From: Candidatus Parcubacteria bacterium
GTDB taxonomy: Bacteria; Patescibacteriota; Minisyncoccia; UBA6257; 2-01-FULL-56-20
Direction: 5' to 3'
Length of the DNA: 50,427 nt
Assembly (NCBI GenBank): GCA_003599135.1
Contig: QZIV01000020.1
Span: forward strand, 1-50,427
Below are positions 16,894 to 23,435 of the stretch, piece by piece. Position 1 is the stretch's first letter, and each line of letters starts with the position of its first letter. Under the pieces are notes generated by a model. The model was not told where the DNA came from. It worked only from the letters and a program-made list of their open reading frames with translations, and did no database searches. Both the position numbers and the translations under genes were made by a program.

Positions 16894-17325
16894 ATGACCA
16901 AACTTCGACGCGAAGCCAGGAACCCGGATGAAATCATCCGGCGACTGCAGAGCCGTGTCCGATGGGCGGTTATGGCTCTCTTCGTTTCCACCTCGAGTCT
17001 TCTTGTTCTCGGAACTCTGGGATGGAAACTCTACGATCGGGGCAACAACTGGAAGGAAAGGTCCTCGGCCTTACGGGAAGAGCTTTTCTACCGTGAGGAG
17101 CTCGGGGTGGCTGCCGCAACAACGCACCTCGTCAGGTTCTCCCACCTCCTCAAAACAGGACAAGTTCCAGTATCGCTACGGCCGCCGGACGTCACTGTTT
17201 CTTCCGAGGGAGAAGAAAAGACGCTCGACCTCGAACAGTTGATTGGAGAACTCGAGAAACCATGTCGGGAGTACAATCGCTCCTGTCCGATTCCTCGACC
17301 TCGATCCGCCGCGGCAAAGCAGTAA
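16894..17325 (+). CDS. Hypothetical single-TM protein (ORFan)
   Basis: Start ATG 16894 (MTKLRREARN...), 4 nt after the upstream stop, preceded by AAAGGA. One TM helix, 'WAVMALFVSTSSLLVLGTLGW'. Confidence 0.5.
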   Translation: MTKLRREARNPDEIIRRLQSRVRWAVMALFVSTSSLLVLGTLGWKLYDRGNNWKERSSALREELFYREELGVAAATTHLVRFSHLLKTGQVPVSLRPPDVTVSSEGEEKTLDLEQLIGELEKPCREYNRSCPIPRPRSAAAKQ

Positions 17326-17344
17326 CATGCCGCGGCCAAAAACC

Positions 17345-17373
17345 AAGCGGGCCCCGATTTTCGAGGCCCGCTT
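17345..17373 (+). terminator. Terminator hairpin after ORF 16894-17325
   Basis: AAGCGGGCC (17345-17353) pairs with GGCCCGCTT (17365-17373), followed by TTCCATTTCAT. Confidence 0.5.
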
Positions 17374-17390
17374 TCCATTTCATAAAAAGA

Positions 17391-17414
17391 GGGGCGAGAA
17401 GACTTCCTCGCCCC
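17391..17414 (-). terminator. Rho-independent terminator of the minus-strand micro-unit
   Basis: GGGGCGAG (17391-17398) pairs with CTCGCCCC (17407-17414). On the minus strand the hairpin is followed by TCTTTTTAT. Confidence 0.6.
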
Positions 17415-17469
17415 GAATGTGCAAGCTAGAAATCCCGAAGAGATTCCTGCCCGCTACTCCGCCAGCAAT

Positions 17470-17583
17470 TCAGCGGAGAGATGTTGGATCACCCCCTCTC
17501 CCCAACGATCGGGAAGAAAGGAAAAGTCTTTTTTTCATGTTGTGACCTCCTAGGGTGATCTAACTACCACTCGTATTCTATCA
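17470..17583 (-). other. Compact unit: extended -10 promoter, AGGAGG SD, 22-codon ORF (small peptide gene or sRNA)
   Basis: On the minus strand: TGATAGAAT (17583-17575), AGGAGG (17551-17546), ATG 17538, then MKKRLFLSSRSLGRGGDPTSLR and TGA at 17472-17470. A terminator lies ~55 nt further on. Confidence 0.35.
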
Positions 17584-17658
17584 AGACTTGCGGAACTTAA
17601 AATGCTGTGATATACACAACCCCAGTACGCAGCAAAACTTAACACCGGGGAGAAACCG

Positions 17659-18021
17659 ATGATCAAGCAGATTTTTCGACTGTTGTGTGCGCTCGCGTGC
17701 GCTGCGATCGTCTCGATACCGATAGCGAGCGCGATCCTGGCCACCGGACTCAATCTCCACTCTCGCTACCTGACACTCAACACCGCAGACGGGCGGCCAT
17801 CGCTCGGCCTGGCTACGTTCATGGACGTCGCCGCGCCGCTCACAAGCTCGATAGGGAGGATTCCCGAATCGCCTATTCAATGGGCCGCGGTAATCGCCTC
17901 CCTCGTCGCTTTCGTCGCCACTCTCTGGCTGCTCTGGAAGGCTTACGGACGGACGATCATCCTTCCTTTAGCAGAAAAAATCTGGAAAAAAGATCGCTAC
18001 CTTCACTCCGGAGGCTGGTAA
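17659..18021 (+). CDS. Hypothetical 2-TM membrane protein (ORFan)
   Basis: 120 aa with a GGAG 6 nt upstream. Hydrophobic N-terminal and central helices. Confidence 0.5.
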   Translation: MIKQIFRLLCALACAAIVSIPIASAILATGLNLHSRYLTLNTADGRPSLGLATFMDVAAPLTSSIGRIPESPIQWAAVIASLVAFVATLWLLWKAYGRTIILPLAEKIWKKDRYLHSGGW

Positions 18022-18039
18022 ACAACAGCTCGGCAACAG

Positions 18040-18071
18040 ATCGGCCCGCCAAGAACCTTTGGCAGGCCGAT
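18040..18071. terminator. Bidirectional terminator between ORF 17659-18021 and uvrB
   Basis: ATCGGCCCGCCAA (18040-18052) pairs with TTGGCAGGCCGAT (18059-18071), a 13-bp stem with 1 mismatch. T-rich flanks on both strands. It abuts the uvrB stop (18073). Confidence 0.6.
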
Positions 18072-18072
18072 T

Positions 18073-20238
18073 TCAGTTTTGCGCCCCCGATTTCTTCACC
18101 AAGAAACGCGGCCCTGCTTTTTTCGAAAGCACCCGGATCTCGTCTCGGAGGATCCCCGCAAGCTCAAAATTCAACTGCTTCGCCGCTTCGCGCATCTCCC
18201 GCTCTTTTTCTTCTATCAGTTTTTGGACTCCGCCCCGTGACGTGGGCAGCGGCTTCATCTCAAGCGCCAAAATATCCTCCGCCGGAAGAATGTCGCTGAT
18301 CTTTTTTACAATCGTCCTCGGCGTGATGCCATGTTTCTTGTTATAGGCAAACTGCAACTCCCTTCTCCGCTCCGTTTCGCGAAGCGCGCGCTTAATGGAA
18401 CCGGTAACCTGATCCGCGTACATGAGAACTTCGCCTTGCACGTTCCGCGCCGCTCTGCCGATCGTTTGAATAAGCGACGTCTCGCTCCGGAGGAATCCTT
18501 CCTTATCGGCATCAAGAATCGCGACGAGCGACACCTCGGGAAGATCGAGGCCTTCGCGCAAGAGGTTCACGCCGACGAGCACGTCGAATCCGCCTTTCAC
18601 GGCGGGGCCTTTTCTCAAATTCGTAAGAATCCTGATGCGATCCAGCGTTTTCACGTCGCTATGGAGGTAGGCAACCTTGATGGGTCGCTTACCTCTCTGA
18701 GCTTGTCGCCCTTCGAATCTCTCAGGGCGACCCTGAGCATGTCGAATGGGTCGAAGGGTATGGCCATCTTCTGTGGTTTGACTGCGCTCACCACTTCGGA
18801 TCTCAAGAACTTCTTGAAGGTAGTTCGTGAGGTCCTCGGCCATCTTTTTCGTTAGCGTGGTAACGAGTACGCGCTCTTTTTTCTCCGCCCTATCCTTAAT
18901 TCGCGGGATAAGATCGTCAATCTGCCCCCGCGCCGGGCGGACTGTGATTTTGGGATCAATGAGCCCCGTCGGTCGGATGATCTGCTCAACGGTCTGCCCT
19001 TGCCCTGAGTGAGTCGAAGGGTCGCTTTTCTTTCTCTCGTACGGCCCCGGCGTCGCCGACGTGTAAATTATCTGATTCACGCGCTCTTCGAATTCGTCGA
19101 ATTGTAGCGGGCGGTTGTCGACTGCAGAAGGCAGCCGAAACCCGTACTCAACGAGCGTTTTCTTGCGGGATTGGTCTCCGTGGTACATCCCCTGGAGCTG
19201 TGGAACCGTCATGTGTGATTCGTCGATGACCGTAAGGAAATCGCCCGCCTGTTTGAAGTAGTCGAGAAGCGTGTCCGGAGGTTCTCCGGGAGCTCTTCCC
19301 GAGAGATGTCGCGAGTAGTTCTCGATGCCGTGGCAGTAGCCGATTTCCCGCATCATTGCGACGTCGAATTTCGTCCTACGCTCAAGGCGCTCCGCTTCAA
19401 GAAACTTCTTATGAGTCTCAAAATATTTCAGGCGCTCTTTGAGCTCTTCCCGAATTGCCGCAATCGCCCGCTCCCGCTCGTGCACCATCGTGATGAAATG
19501 CTTCGCCGGAGCGATAAATACCTCGGGGAGCGTCGGCGTCTTTTCGTGTTGAAATCCTTTTACGGGATCGACTTCGTAGATCTTTGCAATCGCGCCGCCT
19601 GTGAGTTCGAAATTATACACAACCTCTTTGTCGGGAGGCATAACTTCCCAATTGTCTCCCCGGAGGCGATACGTTCCCCGCTTCAGGTCTCCTGCCGTTC
19701 GCGTGAATTGCAATTGCACGAGTTTTCTTGCAAACGCTTTTCGGTCGATTGAATTCCCCACTCTGAAGTGGAAAATATTCTCTTTGTACGTTTCCGGAGC
19801 TCCCAACCCGTAGATACAGGATACGGAAGCCACAACAATTACGTCTTTTCTCGTGAGAAGCGCGGTTGTCGCGGCATGGCGCAATTTATCGATCTCGTCG
19901 TTAATGAGCGCTTCCTTGTCTATATACGTATCGCTTGAAGGAAGATACGCCTCCGGCTGGTAGTAGTCATAGTACGAAACGAAGTAATTGACGGAGTTTT
20001 TCGGGAAAAGCTCCCTGAATTCGTTGCAAAGCTGTGCCGCGAGGGTTTTATTGTGCGCGATAACAAGTGTTGGTTTGTTGATTTTTTCGATAACGTTGGC
20101 GATCGTAAACGTCTTCCCGGAACCCGTAACGCCGAGAAGCGTTTGGTGTCCGTAGCCCTTCCGCAAACCCGAAACAAGCTCCTTGATAGCTTTCGGCTGA
20201 TCTCCTTCGGGTTTGAATTCTGATTCGAGCTTGAACAT
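18073..20238 (-). CDS. uvrB: Excinuclease ABC subunit B (with two in-frame insertions)
   Basis: Start ATG 20238 (MFKLESEFKPEGDQPKAI; the ORF-track start is TTG 20250). Helicase motifs 'GVTGSGKT' and 'DESH', plus 'LHSDVKTLDRIRIL', 'LLREGLDLPEVSLVAILDADKEGFLRS' and a C-terminal UVR domain. Confidence 0.95.
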   Translation of the reverse strand: MFKLESEFKPEGDQPKAIKELVSGLRKGYGHQTLLGVTGSGKTFTIANVIEKINKPTLVIAHNKTLAAQLCNEFRELFPKNSVNYFVSYYDYYQPEAYLPSSDTYIDKEALINDEIDKLRHAATTALLTRKDVIVVASVSCIYGLGAPETYKENIFHFRVGNSIDRKAFARKLVQLQFTRTAGDLKRGTYRLRGDNWEVMPPDKEVVYNFELTGGAIAKIYEVDPVKGFQHEKTPTLPEVFIAPAKHFITMVHERERAIAAIREELKERLKYFETHKKFLEAERLERRTKFDVAMMREIGYCHGIENYSRHLSGRAPGEPPDTLLDYFKQAGDFLTVIDESHMTVPQLQGMYHGDQSRKKTLVEYGFRLPSAVDNRPLQFDEFEERVNQIIYTSATPGPYERKKSDPSTHSGQGQTVEQIIRPTGLIDPKITVRPARGQIDDLIPRIKDRAEKKERVLVTTLTKKMAEDLTNYLQEVLEIRSGERSQTTEDGHTLRPIRHAQGRPERFEGRQAQRGKRPIKVAYLHSDVKTLDRIRILTNLRKGPAVKGGFDVLVGVNLLREGLDLPEVSLVAILDADKEGFLRSETSLIQTIGRAARNVQGEVLMYADQVTGSIKRALRETERRRELQFAYNKKHGITPRTIVKKISDILPAEDILALEMKPLPTSRGGVQKLIEEKEREMREAAKQLNFELAGILRDEIRVLSKKAGPRFLVKKSGAQN
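18682..18808. repeat. ~42-codon palindromic element inserted in-frame in uvrB
   Basis: Contains CTCAGGG-cga-CCCTGAG (18721-18737) nested between CCCTTCGA (18709-16) and TCGAAGGG (18751-58). It encodes 'LEIRSGERSQTTEDGHTLRPIRHAQGRPERFEGRQAQRGKRP', lying between conserved 'AEDLTNYLQEV' and 'IKVAYLHSD'. A half-copy CCCTGAGtgaGTCGAAGGGT sits at 19003-19022. Confidence 0.6.
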
Positions 20239-20289
20239 TGAAATAACCAAAACGGCCCCGCCTGAAGGCTATAGGGACCTCGCTCTCAA

Positions 20290-20318
20290 ACTCTAGATTT
20301 TTAAGAACAGAAAGTCAA
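20290..20318 (-). promoter_or_regulatory. Candidate uvrB promoter
   Basis: On the minus strand: TTGACT (20318-20313), 17 nt, TAGAGT (20295-20290). Confidence 0.4.
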
Positions 20319-20321
20319 AAA

Positions 20322-20966
20322 CTACTTTAAAACTTTCGTAAGAGGGCATTCAGCGTGATTATGGGGACGCGCAACGCAATACTTTCTCCCATATTCAATG
20401 AAACGATACGTAAGTTTGAACCATTCTTTTTTTGGGAAAATTTTCATTAAATCCTCCTCGATTTTCACCGGATCGGTTTCTTTGCTTAATCCGAGCGCTC
20501 GCGCGAGGCGCTTTACGTGCGTGTCCACCGCAATCCCCTCCACTATGCCGTAGGCGTTGCCTAGAATCACGTTCGCACTCTTCCGGCCGATGCCGGGGAT
20601 GGCAAGCATCTCGTGCATCGTTTTCGGGAGTTTTCCGCCGAACTTTTCCTTCACTGCTTTCGCGGCGGCAAGGATATTTTTCGCTTTGTTTCGATAAAAA
20701 CCTGTTTGGTAAATATCGCGCTCGAACTCTTTCCGATTCGCACGCATATAGTCGTTCAGTGTTCGGTATTTTTTAAACAATCTCGCCGTCACCTCATTTA
20801 CTTTCTTGTCGGTGCACTGCGCGGAAAGTTCGACGGCAACCAAAAGTTCCCAGTTATTGGAATACCGCAAAACGATTTTCGCGTTAGGGAAAAGCCTTCC
20901 GAGCGCGGTCATAATTTTTTTCCCTCGCCGCTTGAGATCCGGAGGCTTGTTTTGAGAAACGTCCAT
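20322..20966 (-). CDS. nth: Endonuclease III (HhH-GPD glycosylase/AP lyase)
   Basis: 'LAIPGIGRKSANVILGNAYG' (HhH with catalytic Lys) and 'AVDTHVKRL' (Asp). The C-terminal cluster loop is degenerate. Confidence 0.9.
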   Translation of the reverse strand: MDVSQNKPPDLKRRGKKIMTALGRLFPNAKIVLRYSNNWELLVAVELSAQCTDKKVNEVTARLFKKYRTLNDYMRANRKEFERDIYQTGFYRNKAKNILAAAKAVKEKFGGKLPKTMHEMLAIPGIGRKSANVILGNAYGIVEGIAVDTHVKRLARALGLSKETDPVKIEEDLMKIFPKKEWFKLTYRFIEYGRKYCVARPHNHAECPLTKVLK

Positions 20967-20999
20967 CGGTTCATTCTAGCACGCAGTAATTCAACTCGA

Positions 21000-21028
21000 T
21001 TGACAAGACGAACACAAAAAGATATAAA
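21000..21028 (+). promoter_or_regulatory. Near-consensus promoter of the small-protein cassette
   Basis: TTGACA (21000-21005), 17 nt, TATAAA (21023-21028). Confidence 0.5.
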
Positions 21029-21064
21029 ACGTTCAGCAACTATCCCAACGCAGAGGCGACAGCC

Positions 21065-21232
21065 ATGGAGAAAAAAGAACCGAACGAACCTCTTGATCCT
21101 GAAGCAGGAGCAAAAACCCTTCGCCAAGTCACGGTAGTGCTGATGATTGCCCTCCTCTGGACGGCGCTCGTGCTCGGTATTGGAATGAACTGGAGCACGA
21201 TCCGCGAGTGGACGGCAAACTTGGCGCCGTAA
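21065..21232 (+). CDS. 55-aa single-TM protein (below ORF-track cutoff)
   Basis: Own translation: MEKKEPNEPLDPEAGAKTLRQVTVVLMIALLWTALVLGIGMNWSTIREWTANLAP*. AGAGG lies 8 nt upstream. Confidence 0.45.
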   Translation: MEKKEPNEPLDPEAGAKTLRQVTVVLMIALLWTALVLGIGMNWSTIREWTANLAP

Positions 21233-21250
21233 GACAGAACGGAGAACCGA

Positions 21251-21394
21251 ATGAAGAGACCTCGGCGGATAGCAACCCCAGAAGAGCTCAAGCGATGGCA
21301 GCGCATTGCCGGATGGGTTATCGCCGGCGTGCTCGCACTATGGCTGCTCTTCCGGTACTGGCTGCATCTCATGAAGACGGGAGTGAACCAATGA
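21251..21394 (+). CDS. 47-aa single-TM protein (below ORF-track cutoff)
   Basis: Own translation: MKRPRRIATPEELKRWQRIAGWVIAGVLALWLLFRYWLHLMKTGVNQ*. GGAG lies 6 nt upstream. ATGA overlap with the next ORF. Confidence 0.45.
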   Translation: MKRPRRIATPEELKRWQRIAGWVIAGVLALWLLFRYWLHLMKTGVNQ

Positions 21395-21645
21395 AGATCC
21401 TGAAGCCCTTCTTCGTCGGCATCGCGCTCGCCACGTACATCTTCGGCACCCAGGCGCTCGCGCTCTGGGTTTCCATAACCCGCTTCGGCGGCAACCAAGA
21501 CGGCGCAATCCTTATCGGAATCTGCGCCAGTGCCGCAGGTGCTGCCCTAACTGCATCCTTCGCCGTTCCCCGCCTTGCAGTTGCAATTCGGGAAACGGTA
21601 ATCCTAAATTTCCTCCGGAATCTCTTTTGGAGACCGGAAGGATAA
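21391..21645 (+). CDS. 84-aa 2-TM protein
   Basis: Internal ATG of track ORF 21208-21645: MKILKPFFVGIALATYIFGTQALALWV...ILIGICASAAGAALTASFAV... Translationally coupled to the preceding ORF. Confidence 0.5.
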   Translation: MKILKPFFVGIALATYIFGTQALALWVSITRFGGNQDGAILIGICASAAGAALTASFAVPRLAVAIRETVILNFLRNLFWRPEG

Positions 21646-21646
21646 C

Positions 21647-21690
21647 GGGCCTTCGTTCCAGCACAATCGGGACGCAGGCCCTTTCGTTTT
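21647..21690 (+). terminator. Rho-independent terminator of the small-protein cassette
   Basis: Left arm 21647-21659 pairs with right arm 21669-21681 (12 bp, one internal mismatch, one G-U), followed by TTTCGTTTT. Confidence 0.65.
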
Positions 21691-21702
21691 ATAATCAAAT
21701 CT

Positions 21703-22230
21703 ATGAAACGCGTGCTCACGCAAAAGTTTTTCAACCGGCCGACGCTCCAAGTTGCGAAAGGACTTTTAGGAAAGTCCCTCATTCGTCGCGCCAGAGGAAG
21801 AACGATCGCCGTACTTATCTCCGAAGTCGAGGCGTACGACGGACCGCACGACAAGGCATCACACGCGCACCGCGGACGGACTCCGCGAAATGAAGTAGTG
21901 TTTGGCGAAGCGGGCCGGTGGTACGTCTATTTCACCTACGGAATGCACTGGATGCTGAACATCGTAACGGGGCCGAAGGGCTATCCGGCCGCAATCCTCA
22001 TCCGCTGCGCGATTCACGAAGGAAAACCGATCTTCGGTCCGGCGCGGCTTACGAAGTATTTAAAAATAGATAAGCGGCTGAACGGAAAATCCGCAAACAA
22101 AAATAGCGGCCTTTGGATCGAAGACCGCGGAGTGAAAATAAAACCCTCGCAAGTTAGGAGAGGAAAACGGATCGGCGTAGACTACGCCGGCGAGTGGTCA
22201 AAAAAGCTATATAACTTCTCTCTCGAGTAA
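21703..22230 (+). CDS. mpg: DNA-3-methyladenine glycosylase (Mpg/AAG family)
   Basis: 'FFNRPTLQVAKGLLGK', 'EVEAYDGPHDKASHAHRGRTPRN', 'YVYFTYGMHWMLNIV'. TATAAT (21690-21695) lies 7 nt before the ATG. Confidence 0.9.
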   Translation: MKRVLTQKFFNRPTLQVAKGLLGKSLIRRARGRTIAVLISEVEAYDGPHDKASHAHRGRTPRNEVVFGEAGRWYVYFTYGMHWMLNIVTGPKGYPAAILIRCAIHEGKPIFGPARLTKYLKIDKRLNGKSANKNSGLWIEDRGVKIKPSQVRRGKRIGVDYAGEWSKKLYNFSLE

Positions 22231-22265
22231 TAGCCTTGAGAATTTTCTACTTGACTTATGAGTTT

Positions 22266-22769
22266 CTACTGCGGTTTTCTCGGTTCTTGTTTCGTCCCTA
22301 ACTGTGCTTGAAGTCCTCGTATTTTATTCCTTGCCTCTGCAACGCTTTTAGTATACTTCTCTATTTCTCTTTTCGCCATTTTGGCATCTTCCTCGAGGAG
22401 TTGCTCCTCTTCGAGTTTCATTTCTAAGTTTTCTTTCAAGAGTTCGTCAATCTCTATTCCTTCCTCCAGAAACTGAATATAATCTTGAATTTCCTGAATG
22501 AGTTCACGACGCGCGCGCTCGTGAAGCTGCTCTGAAACGTCGGGTATCCCTCGCATCATTTTTTCAATAACACCTGCTCGCCCTAAACGAGTTTTCTCTT
22601 TCTCGTGGGTTTCGTACAATTTCTCGAGTTGAGAAAGGTTGAGCAGGGGTTTCCGCTTCTTTCCCAAAGATTCTCTCCACTCCTTTGTTCCCGCGTACCG
22701 CAGACGCTCCCCTGCAGGAGAAAGTGGTTTTTCTCCCTCGAGGACTCTCTGCAAAAACTTCTCAGCCAT
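22266..22769 (-). CDS. Hypothetical coiled-coil protein
   Basis: 167 aa, Glu/Lys-rich with heptad-like segments. No family recognised. Confidence 0.5.
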   Translation of the reverse strand: MAEKFLQRVLEGEKPLSPAGERLRYAGTKEWRESLGKKRKPLLNLSQLEKLYETHEKEKTRLGRAGVIEKMMRGIPDVSEQLHERARRELIQEIQDYIQFLEEGIEIDELLKENLEMKLEEEQLLEEDAKMAKREIEKYTKSVAEARNKIRGLQAQLGTKQEPRKPQ

Positions 22770-22793
22770 ATGTTACTTATATCATCTCCCCAC

Positions 22794-23435
22794 CTAGAAA
22801 TCCATTGTTTTCCCTTCTTCCAAAACAACGAATTTGATCCCGAGCGGCTCGAGAACTTTCGGCGGAAGAACATGTGCAGACGCCGCTCTTCCCTCTTTGA
22901 GCATCCCGTCGTGGATCGGAAAACAAATCTTCGGCTGGAGTTCTTTTGCGTAGTCGATTGCCTCTGAAATCTTTATCCACGGGCCCGCGACGGGAAGTGC
23001 CAAAATCTCGACTTTCACGCCGGGATTGTAGAGCGCATCGCCCGGATGATAAAGCCGTCGCGCGATAAGATACCCTGTGTTATCAACTGGCGGCACTGTC
23101 TTGTATATTTCCGCGTGCTTTTTGCCGAACGCTTCAATCAAAACTCCCTTCAACGTAATACTCTGGCCGTCTTCGAGAAGGTCGTAGGCGATCTTCTTTG
23201 CTTCTAGCAATTTCCCCGCTCCTCTGTTTGTAAAAACTTTCGCTCCAGGATTGTTTTTAAGAATTCCTTTTATGGAATCTACGTCGCAGTGGTCTCCGTG
23301 CTCCTGAGTAATAAGAAGAATGTCGAGATTTCCCACCGCATTCTGTCCGGCTGAATAACCGCCGGGATCAGTGAGGATCCTCGCGCTCCGCTCTTCAATC
23401 AGCAAACACGAATGGCCGATTTTCGTTATTTTCAT
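22794..23435 (-). CDS. MBL-fold metallo-hydrolase
   Basis: Start ATG 23435 (MKITKIGHSCLLIEE...), ATGA overlap with the upstream stop. 'ITQEHGDHCD' (HxHxDH). Confidence 0.8.
   Translation of the reverse strand: MKITKIGHSCLLIEERSARILTDPGGYSAGQNAVGNLDILLITQEHGDHCDVDSIKGILKNNPGAKVFTNRGAGKLLEAKKIAYDLLEDGQSITLKGVLIEAFGKKHAEIYKTVPPVDNTGYLIARRLYHPGDALYNPGVKVEILALPVAGPWIKISEAIDYAKELQPKICFPIHDGMLKEGRAASAHVLPPKVLEPLGIKFVVLEEGKTMDF

Noticed and set aside
16430-16991. Overlapping long ORFs in other frames of the island (16430-16897 plus strand, 16437-16991 minus strand).
   Set aside because: Their translations are Arg/Pro/Gly-rich and they lack SDs. They are best explained as GC-rich shadow frames of the 16395-16889 ORF, which has an SD and a hydrophobic anchor.
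18700-19030. CRISPR-like or tandem repeat array suggested by the recurring CCCTGAG / TCGAAGGG motifs.
   Set aside because: There are only two copies, they are imperfect, and both lie inside the uvrB reading frame with no spacer periodicity. They are palindromic insertions, not an array. No CRISPR array was seen anywhere in the window.
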